The translations under genes and the position numbers were made by a program. From assembly GCA_964618725.1 (NCBI GenBank), contig CAZUBK010000001.1, positions 260,908 to 324,907 on the forward strand: a stretch of 64,000 nt of DNA. Direction: 5' to 3'. Shown piece after piece: positions 1 through 9,900 of the stretch (the stretch's first letter is position 1; the number at the start of each line of letters is the position of its first letter). The notes under the pieces are model-generated. The model saw nothing but the letters and a program-made list of their open reading frames with translations. It did not search any database and was not told where the DNA came from. Origin of the DNA: an uncultured Pseudomonadales bacterium. Lineage in GTDB: Bacteria > Patescibacteriota > Microgenomatia > UBA1400 > Chazhemtobacteraceae.

Positions 1-2081
1 ACAAGTAGTGCGTTGGCGTCGGTTGAGACCTGAAGCTTAACTTTATTTGGCACGTGGCTCAATACCTCCACCCGGCAATCCTTACAAGGACTGATCGGAA
101 ATGTAAGTTCTTCAGAAAGAATGGCGGTGGTCCTGGGATCAAGATCCAAAGAACGAAGCTTTTTGTCTAGATCTTCATTCGAATTGGCGATTTGATAATT
201 AGAGGCAAAATAGGCGCGATCTTTGTAGGTAGGACTTTGATAAACGACAACTGAGCCATCACGAAAGACTTCTTGGTATCTGTGTTTTTCAAGAATTGGC
301 AGGTCCATATCAGCACGACCAGAGAGGCCCTCTTTGAGGGTAACGAAATACTTAACATTTAGGGCGTCTAAGTAACGGGGGTCAAAGTTCTCTAGTTCAC
401 TGTAGCGACTGGGTTTGTTGAGGAAGCTAGTTTGATTAATGACATTGAAGAGGCGATTATAGTTAAGGAGTCGAAGTGGATCGTAGCCCTCAACGGCTTC
501 TAGACCGTAATAGCTCCAAGTGTTGGGAGGAAGGAGGTTGTCTTTGGTTCTGGCAATGCGAAAAACACCATTTTGACTTTTGAGAAAGTCAATGACCGGA
601 GTAGTGGGGAAAACAATCCGGGCGGGAACCGAAGGATTGTACTTGCGAAAATATCGACCGAAGTCGCCCATAAAAAGTAAGGGGATAATGAAAAGAAGAA
701 TGAAAGGGCGACGATGAAAGAGATTAAGGGAAATGAGGAAGGTAGCGAGTAGAGCGACTGGAATGGCGGAATTACGTAAACTAGTTGTCTGAAACTGAAG
801 GGGGGTAAACTTGATGGCAAGAAGAGTGATGACAATGAGAAGAAGACTGGAAATAGTAGATGCTTTTATGTTTAGTTTTTTGTTTCTTAATTCCTCAAGA
901 CTACCGGCAACTAAGACAGCGGCGGAGAGGCCGGTGAGGAAAAAGAGACGACTGGCGGAGGAATAAGTTAAAAGGGGGAGGGGGAGACTAAAGATGAAAC
1001 GGGAGACGGGACTATTAACTGCCAGGAAAAGGCTGACAAAGAAGAGGACAAAAAAGAAGTGGTATTTTTTTCTGCTGTGAGTAAAGAAAAGACTGGTTAT
1101 GAGGGGGAGGGATATGGTACCCAGAAAACTGCTGTACTCGTGATATGAAACAGAACTCCAGTGGTTGTAAGTAGAGGGAGACCCAAAGAAGTCGGGAGCC
1201 CAGAGACGAATTAACTCGATAACAGGACTAAGACCATAATTGAAATCTGAGGCATACTTTTCTAGTTCGCGAATTGAAACCTGATAGAACTCAAAAGTGG
1301 GGAGTAATTGGATGGCAGAAAGACCAAGCCCTAGAAGTAAGGAGAAGGCTACTAACAAAGTTTGTTTGGTGAGGTTAAACTGTTGGCGACTGAGAGCAAA
1401 AAGGGGAAGAATGACTCCCGCATAGGTAAGAAGTTGGGCGTGGCCAGCAAAGATGAGAGAGGTGAAAGAAAGAGAAAGTAAGGCAAGAAGATAGAATTTT
1501 TTCTCTGTGAGAAAGCGATCGATGAGATAGAGGCAGAGAGGAATAAGACTGGCGGCCCAGACACCGGTGCCAAACTCAAACCAAGTGGTCATCGGGCCGG
1601 CAAAGGCAAAGATTAGTGAGCCGGTGAATTTAGCAAAGCTTGATTTGAGAAGCCGACCCAAGAAAAGGTACATAAAAAGAAAGGCAGAAACAGTGGAGGC
1701 GATAAGATACAAATTCCAACCAGTGAACTTAGGTAAGAGCAGAAAGAGGTTGCCCGGAAAGAAAACGCCCCAATGAATACTGGGCAGAAGTGGGGTACCG
1801 GAAAAAGAGAGCTTGTTCCAGAGCGGCACTATTCCCTGACGCCAGAGATCGATTGTTTGATGTTTCCAGATGAAGAATTGAGAAAAGACATCGGAAATGG
1901 GCGGGTTCTTGACAGGGACGCCAGTGGGATAATCCCATTTAGAATCGAGCCAGGGATAGTAGCTGCCGACAAGGGTATCGGCGGGGACAAGAACCTGGTT
2001 TTGAAAGAGTGCTTCCCGAAAAAGGATGATGAGGAAAAGAATAAACCAGAAAAGTGGATGGGTAAGTATCTTCTTAATCAC
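1..2081 (-). CDS. Large polytopic membrane protein, putative GT-C-like glycosyltransferase (paralog of 3605..5875); C-terminus runs off the window start; GTG start
   Basis: I translated the minus-strand frame whose codons end at coordinates of the form 3n+2 by hand. It is open from a GTG at 2081 (VIKKILTHPLFWFILFLIILF...IPADTLVGSYYPWLDSKWDYPTGVPVKNPPISDV) down to base 1 (bases 1-300 give ...PILEKHRYQEVFRDGSVVVYQSPTYKDRAYFAS... with no stop). The N-terminus is clearly homologous to 3605..5875 (IPADITIGAYFPWLDYKWGTVTGIPVKNSLPSDV). The ORF track shows nothing here because the frame has no stop inside the window. Confidence 0.6.
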   Translation of the reverse strand, partial: MIKKILTHPLFWFILFLIILFREALFQNQVLVPADTLVGSYYPWLDSKWDYPTGVPVKNPPISDVFSQFFIWKHQTIDLWRQGIVPLWNKLSFSGTPLLPSIHWGVFFPGNLFLLLPKFTGWNLYLIASTVSAFLFMYLFLGRLLKSSFAKFTGSLIFAFAGPMTTWFEFGTGVWAASLIPLCLYLIDRFLTEKKFYLLALLSLSFTSLIFAGHAQLLTYAGVILPLFALSRQQFNLTKQTLLVAFSLLLGLGLSAIQLLPTFEFYQVSIRELEKYASDFNYGLSPVIELIRLWAPDFFGSPSTYNHWSSVSYHEYSSFLGTISLPLITSLFFTHSRKKYHFFFVLFFVSLFLAVNSPVSRFIFSLPLPLLTYSSASRLFFLTGLSAAVLVAGSLEELRNKKLNIKASTISSLLLIVITLLAIKFTPLQFQTTSLRNSAIPVALLATFLISLNLFHRRPFILLFIIPLLFMGDFGRYFRKYNPSVPARIVFPTTPVIDFLKSQNGVFRIARTKDNLLPPNTWSYYGLEAVEGYDPLRLLNYNRLFNVINQTSFLNKPSRYSELENFDPRYLDALNVKYFVTLKEGLSGRADMDLPILEKHRYQEVFRDGSVVVYQSPTYKDRAYFASNYQIANSNEDLDKKLRSLDLDPRTTAILSEELTFPISPCKDCRVEVLSHVPNKVKLQVSTDANALL

Positions 2082-3612
2082 AGGTAGCTCTTTTCTCTAC
2101 AGTAATTTGAAACGGGAAGTCTTTTGTTTCAAGTAGACAAAGTTTCTGAAACTGCTTTAACCAATTAGCTCTTGAGTATAGCTGGTGGTCCCCTGGTTCG
2201 AATATCAGGAAAGTAAGACTTTGATTGCCTAGTGATTTTATCTTAGTCCAGTAACGGTCGTTGTCAGGAAGGTAGTGAGGAGAGTCTGGTTGGATAGCGA
2301 CGGAACTTGGTTGATATCGATATGTTTTGGTGCCATACCACCAGAAGAGATAATGAAAGGGACGATCTTCAACCGCAGGGGAATATGTGTAGACACGAAA
2401 ACCCTCTCTGGCCGCCTCTTTATAGATCCAGTCAATAATACTCAGGCGATTACTGAGATTGCTTGGATTATCTGATTGTCTTGAGGCATTCTTGATGAAG
2501 TTAAGTTGCCAGTTACCTCCCCAGATGAGAAAAGTAGACAGGAAGATGATGGTGAGTATTTTTGACCAAAGATGGTATTGGAAAAGAAGATAGAGAAAGA
2601 GGGAGAGAATAAAGATATAGATAACGCCTAGGCTGTGAAGATACCAGAGATAGATACGGAAAGGGTAAATAAGATAAAAGATAAAAGCGAGAGGGTAGAA
2701 GGCAAGAAGTGAGAGAAAGATTGTCCGTAAGTATGGTGAAACTTGCTTGAGATGAAGGCAAATAAAAACAGAGGCGGTGACTAAAATAGTAGCAACTATT
2801 ATCCAAGGTAAGCCAAAAGTAAACCCAAGGGAAGTTGTGAAATTATTAAGTAAATCGATAAACTTCTCGCTAAGAGTGAGAGGATTGGTGAGATAGTCTT
2901 GTTGACCGGTGAGTTGGTTGAGGACTAACTTAGACATGGAGAACTGATGACGGAACTCGTAAATGATTTGAGGAATTAAAGTGAGGAAAAGACCGAGGAG
3001 AAAGATAACGTATTGCTTAACTTTTTGTTGCTTAAGGAAGAAAGAGAAGAGAACAAGAGGAAGAAAGATTATGGCCATTGCGGCCTCTACCTGAAGACCA
3101 AAACCAACAAAAATGCCTAAAAAAAGAATGTTTCTTGGATGTGTTTTTGTAGTAATCTGGGGCAAAATCGTGAAGAGGATGAGAAAAAAGATAGGAAGTA
3201 GATTGGGATTGAGGGAATAATGAGTGGTGTGAAAGTAAATCGAAGCAAAGACAAACAAAAGGGCAAAAAAGAGATTGAAAGGGAAGAATTTCCTGTACTG
3301 CCAGAAGATGAAAACAGCGGCGGACAGATATGAAGCGATCAGCCAGATAACAGCGCTGGCCGGATCGCCTTGGCTGAGAAGAAAAGGGAGGGCATTGAAG
3401 TAATACCAGAAGGGGCCGACAAAAACGCCAGTCAGACCAGTCGTTGGCCCAACCAAAAGCGGGGTGTGACCGAAGACGAGCCGACGAAGATCAATAAGAT
3501 CTCTGGCTTGATCCCAGGTAAAGGCAAAGTTGTAGTTTTGGATGGCTAGTAAACGAAACAAGAGGCTGACAATTACGGCAAGGACGAAGAGATATAGATA
3601 TTTTTTAGGCAT
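2074..3612 (-). CDS. GT-C fold membrane glycosyltransferase, PMT_2/ArnT-like (GT39/GT83-like), member of a four-paralog set
   Basis: 512 aa with about 12 predicted TM helices. N-terminal motif WDQARDLIDLRRLVFGHTPLLVGPTTGLTGVFVGPFWYYF is shared with 5896..7248, 12402..13871 and 32278..33822. Confidence 0.7.
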   Translation of the reverse strand: MPKKYLYLFVLAVIVSLLFRLLAIQNYNFAFTWDQARDLIDLRRLVFGHTPLLVGPTTGLTGVFVGPFWYYFNALPFLLSQGDPASAVIWLIASYLSAAVFIFWQYRKFFPFNLFFALLFVFASIYFHTTHYSLNPNLLPIFFLILFTILPQITTKTHPRNILFLGIFVGFGLQVEAAMAIIFLPLVLFSFFLKQQKVKQYVIFLLGLFLTLIPQIIYEFRHQFSMSKLVLNQLTGQQDYLTNPLTLSEKFIDLLNNFTTSLGFTFGLPWIIVATILVTASVFICLHLKQVSPYLRTIFLSLLAFYPLAFIFYLIYPFRIYLWYLHSLGVIYIFILSLFLYLLFQYHLWSKILTIIFLSTFLIWGGNWQLNFIKNASRQSDNPSNLSNRLSIIDWIYKEAAREGFRVYTYSPAVEDRPFHYLFWWYGTKTYRYQPSSVAIQPDSPHYLPDNDRYWTKIKSLGNQSLTFLIFEPGDHQLYSRANWLKQFQKLCLLETKDFPFQITVEKRATCD

Positions 3613-5875
3613 GGTTTTTCCTTCTGAAGAGAATGAGAGCTAAAATAGTGAGTCCGGAGAAGAGGGTTGAAAGAAGTCCTACTGAGAAGGTGCGGGGGTT
3701 ATAAACAAGCTTGACTTTGTGAGAACCTGTAGAGATATCTGGCAAAGATATATATACGTTATTAGAGATACCAACAGGGTGAGGGCGTCCATCGACTTTA
3801 GCTTTCCAGGAGGGAGAGTAAGTAGTAGCAATGATTAACTGTGCGGATGAAGTACTGTTGACATTAATGTCAAAGTCACCGTTTAGATACTCCGTATAGT
3901 CTTTAATGGCAGTGATCCCTGACTTGTCTTGATACTTGAGATAAACGAGAGGAAGGCTTTTGATGTTTTCGAGAATTTGAACCGAACCATCAGAAAAAAC
4001 GGGTTTAAGATGAGGTAGCTGAAACTCGGTATGAATCTCGCCAGTAGGACTTGGGACTCCTTTGTCATACTTCTTTGCTAAGATGAAGCGGGTGGAAGTA
4101 GAGTTGAAATCAAAAGTATCGGGATAGGTGAGGATATTACCAACTCGACCGAGGGGAATATCTTGACCTTGAAGATGGCCTAAGAAAGAGGCATAGCGGG
4201 TGGAGTAGAGGGCCTCGTATCCGGCGGCAGATTTCAGATCATAGGGCATCCACATATTCATTGGAATGACATCGCCACCAGAGATGCGATCATTGCCGGC
4301 ATTTTGACGAAGGTAGTCAATAACAGGAGTAGAAGGAAAGATGTAGCTACGAGGAACAAAGCTTAGGTACTTTTTACCAAAAAGGAATAGATCACCAAAT
4401 TGAATGAAGATAAGGGCGAGACCGACGAGGAGAAGATACTTGTGGGTGAATTTATCGTTGAAGAAGCGTTTGAAGAAAAAAAGAAGGGCGGCGGCAAAAA
4501 TTACTAGAGTGGGAACAACGAGATTACGCAGGGTTGTCTTTTGGATGGTGGTAATGAGGGGTTCCAAATGGCGGACTTTGAGGTAGAGTGCGCCGGGAAC
4601 AAGCCAAAAGATCGCAAGAAGAAGGAGAAAAGCGAGGAAATAGAATAGCGAAGGCTTTTTTTGAGTCAGAAGATGATTTAGACCAATACTTGAGAGAACC
4701 GCTAGACAGAAAGTGAAGAGGGCCATAGCGCGGGCAGCAATGGCAGTACCGAAACCGGGGATGTTGTTTTCAAAAAGAAATTGAGAGAGAGGAGTCTTGA
4801 GAGAGAGAAGGAGGGCGAGGGCAAGGCCGAACCAAAAGACTGCAGTCTTACTATTTTTGGCTCGAAGGGAATAGAAGGCGAGAACTAGTGACAGGACTCC
4901 GGGATAGGTAGAGAAGTTGTCAAAGTAACCGACACCGGTATAGTTGAGAGTCGCTGGATTACCAAAGAAATTGGGTGATACTAAAGTCACCAAGTGTTTA
5001 AAGGGGAAGAAGCCAAAATTGGTAATGACAAGACTGCCGGTATCACTTAGGCGGGTTGAGGTCTTGAAGAGATCTATGAGAGGGAGAAGCTGAACGCCGG
5101 AGAAGGCAAGACCAAGGGCGGTGAATAGGGCGAGATCGATAAGTCTTTTGAGATTCGGGGAAGAGTAGAAAAGAGAAGATACCCCAACAAAGAGTAGGGT
5201 GTAGAGAACAAATTGGGGGTAACCGGCAAAGATCTGGAGTCCCAAGACTAGAGAATAAAGAGCGTAGTTTTTAACCTTAGGTTGGTCAAAACTCTTAAGG
5301 GCAGCAAAGATTACTAGAGGCATGAGGGCGAGGGAACGGCTTTGGGCATTGTATTCAACCCAGGTAGTAAAGAAACCGGAAAAGGAGAAGGTAACAGATC
5401 CAAACAAACTAGCTAGTTTACTTAGCTTTAGGTGTCTGGCGAGAAGATAGAAAGAAATCAAAGCGACGAGCGGTTGAAGAATAATTTGGATTGACCAACC
5501 GGAGACAAAGTCGGTAAAAAGATAGACGACATTAAGCGGATCAAAGATGGCATTGAGATTAGTTTGGAAGAGTTCGGTACCTGAGAGAACAAATTTATTC
5601 CAGTCAGGAAGGTGGCCGCTTAAGAGAAGCCTAATGGCGAGTGATTTGTTGGGGAAGGTCAGGGAGGGGACATCGGAGGGAAGTGAATTCTTGACGGGGA
5701 TGCCGGTGACTGTCCCCCACTTGTAGTCGAGCCAAGGGAAATATGCACCAATAGTGATATCAGCAGGAATGGGTATCAGACCCTTGAAGAAAAAGGGGTA
5801 GAAGAAAATGACGACGAGAATAACAAAAAAGGAGGGAATGAGAAGAGAAGCTAGTTTGAGAGGAAGGAATTTCAT
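3605..5875 (-). CDS. Large polytopic membrane protein (756 aa), putative GT-C-like glycosyltransferase with a C-terminal extracytoplasmic beta-rich domain
   Basis: Many TM helices across the first ~470 aa, then a soluble C-terminal region and a final TM. Paralog of the gene at 1..2081. Overlaps its neighbours by 8 nt. Confidence 0.65.
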   Translation of the reverse strand: MKFLPLKLASLLIPSFFVILVVIFFYPFFFKGLIPIPADITIGAYFPWLDYKWGTVTGIPVKNSLPSDVPSLTFPNKSLAIRLLLSGHLPDWNKFVLSGTELFQTNLNAIFDPLNVVYLFTDFVSGWSIQIILQPLVALISFYLLARHLKLSKLASLFGSVTFSFSGFFTTWVEYNAQSRSLALMPLVIFAALKSFDQPKVKNYALYSLVLGLQIFAGYPQFVLYTLLFVGVSSLFYSSPNLKRLIDLALFTALGLAFSGVQLLPLIDLFKTSTRLSDTGSLVITNFGFFPFKHLVTLVSPNFFGNPATLNYTGVGYFDNFSTYPGVLSLVLAFYSLRAKNSKTAVFWFGLALALLLSLKTPLSQFLFENNIPGFGTAIAARAMALFTFCLAVLSSIGLNHLLTQKKPSLFYFLAFLLLLAIFWLVPGALYLKVRHLEPLITTIQKTTLRNLVVPTLVIFAAALLFFFKRFFNDKFTHKYLLLVGLALIFIQFGDLFLFGKKYLSFVPRSYIFPSTPVIDYLRQNAGNDRISGGDVIPMNMWMPYDLKSAAGYEALYSTRYASFLGHLQGQDIPLGRVGNILTYPDTFDFNSTSTRFILAKKYDKGVPSPTGEIHTEFQLPHLKPVFSDGSVQILENIKSLPLVYLKYQDKSGITAIKDYTEYLNGDFDINVNSTSSAQLIIATTYSPSWKAKVDGRPHPVGISNNVYISLPDISTGSHKVKLVYNPRTFSVGLLSTLFSGLTILALILFRRKNHA

Positions 5876-5895
5876 CTTGGTAAGTATAGCGTGAG

Positions 5896-7248
5896 TTATG
5901 GCTTGATCAAGGAGACACCAAAGACGCCAAAGGTTTGCATGGTTGAATTGTGTTTGGGATTACTCGAGTAACCGACAAAGTAGGAAGCATTATCGACAAA
6001 GGGAAGAGATTTATCTTCGTAGTATTCTCTTATGGTGCCAAAACCATAACCCTCTCCGAGGAGAAAGTCGTTGACTATGTTGGGCCGATTCGGTTTGGCG
6101 CTTTCTAGTATATAGAGCATGGCACTTTTCTTGTAAAAATAACTTTGACCATCAGTAAAGCGATTAAGATTGATTATCGAAGGGATAACGATGCTAAGCA
6201 TCAAGACTACGACGATGAGGCGTCCTATCTTTGAGCTAGAGAGAGAAAGGCCTAGGAGAATGAAAAGAGTGACAACGGCAGAGAGCTGATAGTATTCAGG
6301 CCAGAAGGACTGGGAATACAAGAAGAGGGCGATGATAGAGACATAAACGATGGCAACGAGCCAACGAAAAGACTTATCTTTGAGACTTCTTATGGTGAAG
6401 AAGAAAAGTAAGAGAGGAACCAAGACATATTTGTAAATGGCATGTTGATTGAGGGGGGGGAGGGCGAAAGAAAACTCGCGAGTTAGATTGCGAAAAGAAA
6501 AAAGAAACTTGTCGATTTGGGAAGTATTTGAAAGCGAATCTTGTTGAAAGAATCTAATGGCTCCCTGAAGGTTGACAAAGCTGTGCCGCAAATCGAAGAG
6601 GAGGAGAGGAAAGTATGAAGAGACAAAAGCAAGTGTAAGAAAGAAAAGACTTGAGAAGGAAAGCTCAATGCTCTTTCTATGGTGGAAGAGCCAAAATATA
6701 ATGAGGGGGACAAAGAAGATAATCTGAAAATGGAAATTGATTCCCAATCCAAGAAGAAAAGTGGCTAAAAGAGCGTGTTTGAGTTTTGGTTTTTTATGCA
6801 GTAATAATGAGATCAAACCAAGAACAAATAGGGGTATAAAAGTCACATTCCATGACATGCGATGAGAGAGAGGGGTCAGCCAGATCAGGGAAAAACAAAA
6901 GGCAGTTAGACTTGACTTGTGTTTAAGCAAGAAAAAAATACCAAGCGCAGTAAGAATATTGAAGAAACCAGCCATATAGGCACCAAAGAGGGGGTTGGCG
7001 CCAAAAAGTAAATAAAAGGGAAGCAAACAATAGTAGTACCAGGGGCCTAAATAGAAACCACTAGCGGAAACAACGCGGGGGCCGATAAGGATAGGCCGGC
7101 GGAGGTCGAGCATTTGTTTGATGGCCAAATAATCGCGTTCTTGATCATAGTTGTAGGAATATAGCTCTGATAGACGGAAAAAACTAAAGTAAAGTCCGGC
7201 TAAGAAGATAAGTGACAAGAAGAGGAAGTCAATCCGTTTAAGTTTCAT
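5896..7248 (-). CDS. GT-C fold membrane glycosyltransferase, PMT_2/ArnT-like paralog
   Basis: 450 aa polytopic protein. N-terminal YDQERDYLAIKQMLDLRRPILIGPRVVSASGFYLGPWYYY matches the paralog motif. Confidence 0.7.
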   Translation of the reverse strand: MKLKRIDFLFLSLIFLAGLYFSFFRLSELYSYNYDQERDYLAIKQMLDLRRPILIGPRVVSASGFYLGPWYYYCLLPFYLLFGANPLFGAYMAGFFNILTALGIFFLLKHKSSLTAFCFSLIWLTPLSHRMSWNVTFIPLFVLGLISLLLHKKPKLKHALLATFLLGLGINFHFQIIFFVPLIIFWLFHHRKSIELSFSSLFFLTLAFVSSYFPLLLFDLRHSFVNLQGAIRFFQQDSLSNTSQIDKFLFSFRNLTREFSFALPPLNQHAIYKYVLVPLLLFFFTIRSLKDKSFRWLVAIVYVSIIALFLYSQSFWPEYYQLSAVVTLFILLGLSLSSSKIGRLIVVVLMLSIVIPSIINLNRFTDGQSYFYKKSAMLYILESAKPNRPNIVNDFLLGEGYGFGTIREYYEDKSLPFVDNASYFVGYSSNPKHNSTMQTFGVFGVSLIKP

Positions 7249-8378
7249 GCTAGAAGTTTCTTTAGATTCTCATAAAAGTTGTCGACGCTGAAGAGATTGG
7301 CCTTTGCCTGAGCGTTGGCGGCGAGTTTACTAAGCTTTCTCTTTTGCTTGATTAGGTAAGTTGTCTGATCAACTAATTGTTTGGTTGTGTCCCAAAGAAT
7401 ACCTTCTTTGGAGGTAACGATTTCCTTTTGCCCGCCTTTATTAACGACAAGAGGAACACAACCGGCGGCCATAGCTTCGACAGTGGTGATACCAAAGTGT
7501 TCGACTGATTCGGGGTTAAGTGACTCGTCGACCTCAAAGCCAGCGGCGTGCCAATAGAAAGTAGATTTGGCATAGAGCTCACACAACTTGTCAAAGGGCG
7601 GGTTAACGACGAAATCGATCGGATATCCTTTGGTCTTATGTTTCAGATCATCAAGAATGGACGCTTCTCCCATTTGGCCACCGGCAAGAATGAGTCGCCA
7701 GCCTGCGAGACCAGTGTCGATTAGTTGCTTAAATGCTTCAATGAGAATATCTTGCCGCTTGCTATGTGAGGGAGAAGCGAAGCGACCAACATTGAGGATT
7801 AGATTCTCTTTTTTAATTCTAGACTGGAAGGACTCAACGTCAACGGGAGGATAAAGGACGACGGATTTGTTGGTGAAGAGTGTTTTATCAATGACATTCT
7901 TGGTAAAAAGAGAGTTGACGACAATGTGATTAACGGAAAGTAGTTTCAGGCGATCTAATAATGGAAAGCGGTTGGTTTTGGTAAAGGGGACTTGGTAGTG
8001 AAGAATTGTTTTTTTGCCAAAGAGGACTGGAACAGAACCATCGCTAACGACAAAGACCAGATTGAGATCTTTGAGCGATTTGTATCTAGTTGGTAGATCA
8101 GATTTGCTGGTGAAAAGATTAAAGTACTCAGAATCGACTAAGACTCCCTCAAGTTTAAGCGAGAAACGCTGACGGGCTTTTTGAAGCGTCCCCGGATCAT
8201 TCCAGGCGAGCAGAACCTGCCAACCCATCTGAGACAGACAGTCGGCAACGGTCAGGGTGTAGCGCTCGCCCCCACCGAGGGTATCTAGATATGGATCGAA
8301 AAGAAGGGCCGTGTTGGTCATAGTAGACGTATTATGACCTAACACGACCCGACTTTCATCTTTAGTTCTAGAGATCAA
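7245..8378 (-). CDS. Glycosyltransferase family 4 (GT-B fold, retaining)
   Basis: C-terminal GT4 signature EHFGITTVEAMAAGCVPLVVNKGGQKEIV (E-x7-E class). 377 aa. ATGA overlap with the downstream gene. Confidence 0.8.
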   Translation of the reverse strand: MISRTKDESRVVLGHNTSTMTNTALLFDPYLDTLGGGERYTLTVADCLSQMGWQVLLAWNDPGTLQKARQRFSLKLEGVLVDSEYFNLFTSKSDLPTRYKSLKDLNLVFVVSDGSVPVLFGKKTILHYQVPFTKTNRFPLLDRLKLLSVNHIVVNSLFTKNVIDKTLFTNKSVVLYPPVDVESFQSRIKKENLILNVGRFASPSHSKRQDILIEAFKQLIDTGLAGWRLILAGGQMGEASILDDLKHKTKGYPIDFVVNPPFDKLCELYAKSTFYWHAAGFEVDESLNPESVEHFGITTVEAMAAGCVPLVVNKGGQKEIVTSKEGILWDTTKQLVDQTTYLIKQKRKLSKLAANAQAKANLFSVDNFYENLKKLLA

Positions 8379-9075
8379 TCAAACCTGATGAGGAAAACTC
8401 CTTACAGAATTGAAAAGCCTCGGCTTGACAGTCTGGTCTGGTTCTATGCTGATACCCGTAGATGGTGAGCATTGCTTCTTGGAACTTGACCGATTTACTG
8501 TCTGCCTGAGATCCATGGATTTTGAATAAAGTAATAATGTCGTCCTTAAACTGCGTTACATCGATCATTAGATCAGGCCTAATAGGCCACATGCCATTCA
8601 TTTGTAAGACAAGAGTGGTTCGCCAAGGATCACCAATTTCAGGTTGTATGCCGGTAGCGGCCCACTTGACGGCTTCAATGCCGAGTTGAAAAGCTGCCTT
8701 GTGATCGGGGTGAAAATCTTCTTGATTCATCAGAAAGACAACCGTTGGCTTAACTTGTCTGATGATTTTGACTAACTTAAGCATTAAGGACTTGGAATAC
8801 TGAAGAGATAGATCCTCTTGATCTAGCCAAAATAGTCTTTTCAAGCCGAGAAACTTGGCTACAGCCTTCATCTCTTCTTTACGCAAAGAGGCTGTACTTT
8901 GAGAGGTCTTTTTACTCCGCCTGTCCCGGCCTTCCGAAGCGTCGGTCAAGATAACTTCGTACAGACTAGCTCCTTTTGCCTTAAGCTTAAATAAAGTTCC
9001 GGCACAGGCTATTTCGTCGTCTGGGTGGGCCGAGATGACAAGGGCCGACAAGGGCTTTTGTGTTTCTTGTGTCAT
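8368..9075 (-). CDS. PIG-L / LmbE family N-acetylglucosaminyl deacetylase
   Basis: N-terminal VISAHPDDEIACAGTLFKL is the AHPDDE zinc-binding motif of PIG-L/MshB/BshB deacetylases. 235 aa. Confidence 0.8.
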   Translation of the reverse strand: MTQETQKPLSALVISAHPDDEIACAGTLFKLKAKGASLYEVILTDASEGRDRRSKKTSQSTASLRKEEMKAVAKFLGLKRLFWLDQEDLSLQYSKSLMLKLVKIIRQVKPTVVFLMNQEDFHPDHKAAFQLGIEAVKWAATGIQPEIGDPWRTTLVLQMNGMWPIRPDLMIDVTQFKDDIITLFKIHGSQADSKSVKFQEAMLTIYGYQHRTRPDCQAEAFQFCKEFSSSGLIDL

Positions 9076-9083
9076 TTTCTTGT

Positions 9084-9854
9084 TTACTTAATAATCTGCC
9101 GTTTTATGGCAATACTTGTTAATTGCTTAATTTTTTTTTGATCGTTGCTCTGTTTCGCAAGCCTTAATTGGTTCACGAAGTACAGAGCGAGTGATTGTTT
9201 TAGATGCTCAGATGACAGCGACAAACCAACACTTTGAAGTGCTTTCCTAAATGGTGCAAGCGGCAAGGCTACTTGATCTTTCCAAAAAGCAGCTGGGGCT
9301 AACTCTAATTCGATAGGTGCTTCAACTACGTGCTCGAAGTCAATTAGCATCAATTGATCTTCGCTCTGAATAATGTTGGCAAGATTAAGATCACCGTGAA
9401 TCAAGGTAAGATCAAACGCATCAAGTTTGAGTTCTAGAAGTTGCCTTATTAATAATCTTTTGTTAGGAGGACTTAGGGATGTTAGCTTGGAGATAAAAAT
9501 TAGATTCCTCTCCATGAAGTTAGAAAAGCTTAAAAAATCACTTACTTCTGACAACAGAGTTGCTCCGTTTAGTTTGTAGGCTTCGCGTACTTTGGTAAGA
9601 AGAAATGCAATCTTGGTTAGACACATGTTTTTTTGCACTGAACTTAAATCGTCCCAGATATCACTTAGAGTCTCGCCTTTAATCTTATTGATGATTAATT
9701 TTCCATTTTCGACTCCGATAACCATCCGACCTTGCTGAGCTAGATCAAACAAAGTACCACCGACCAACTCCCGCAATAGCAATTGTTGGGAGGCAACTTC
9801 TTTGGTTATGATTTTAGTCCGAAGTATCTTTTCGGTTATTTCTATTGCACTCAT
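9084..9854 (-). CDS. Protein-kinase-like phosphotransferase (APH/choline-kinase-like)
   Basis: Catalytic-loop-like LIHGDLNLANII and a downstream DFE motif (MLIDFEHV), typical of the APH/ChoK phosphotransferase family. Confidence 0.55.
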   Translation of the reverse strand: MSAIEITEKILRTKIITKEVASQQLLLRELVGGTLFDLAQQGRMVIGVENGKLIINKIKGETLSDIWDDLSSVQKNMCLTKIAFLLTKVREAYKLNGATLLSEVSDFLSFSNFMERNLIFISKLTSLSPPNKRLLIRQLLELKLDAFDLTLIHGDLNLANIIQSEDQLMLIDFEHVVEAPIELELAPAAFWKDQVALPLAPFRKALQSVGLSLSSEHLKQSLALYFVNQLRLAKQSNDQKKIKQLTSIAIKRQIIK

Positions 9855-9900
9855 GTTAGTTTGGGGGCTGGAAGAACCAGCCCCCTTTATGTGACTGGAT

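Noticed and set aside
167-1938. Track ORFs 167..358, 500..835, 1352..1579 and 1729..1938 (minus), plus 1567..1776 and 1773..2087 (plus)
   Set aside because: All are out of frame or antisense relative to the long open frame 1..2081, which encodes a paralog of 3605..5875. Their products are low-complexity (Ser/Leu/Pro-rich), as expected for shadow ORFs.
3605-5875. Naming the 750-aa polytopic paralogs as YfhO-family
   Set aside because: The N-terminal sequence (IPADITIGAYFPWLDYKW) does not match what I recall of the B. subtilis YfhO N-terminus. They are kept as generic GT-C-like membrane proteins.
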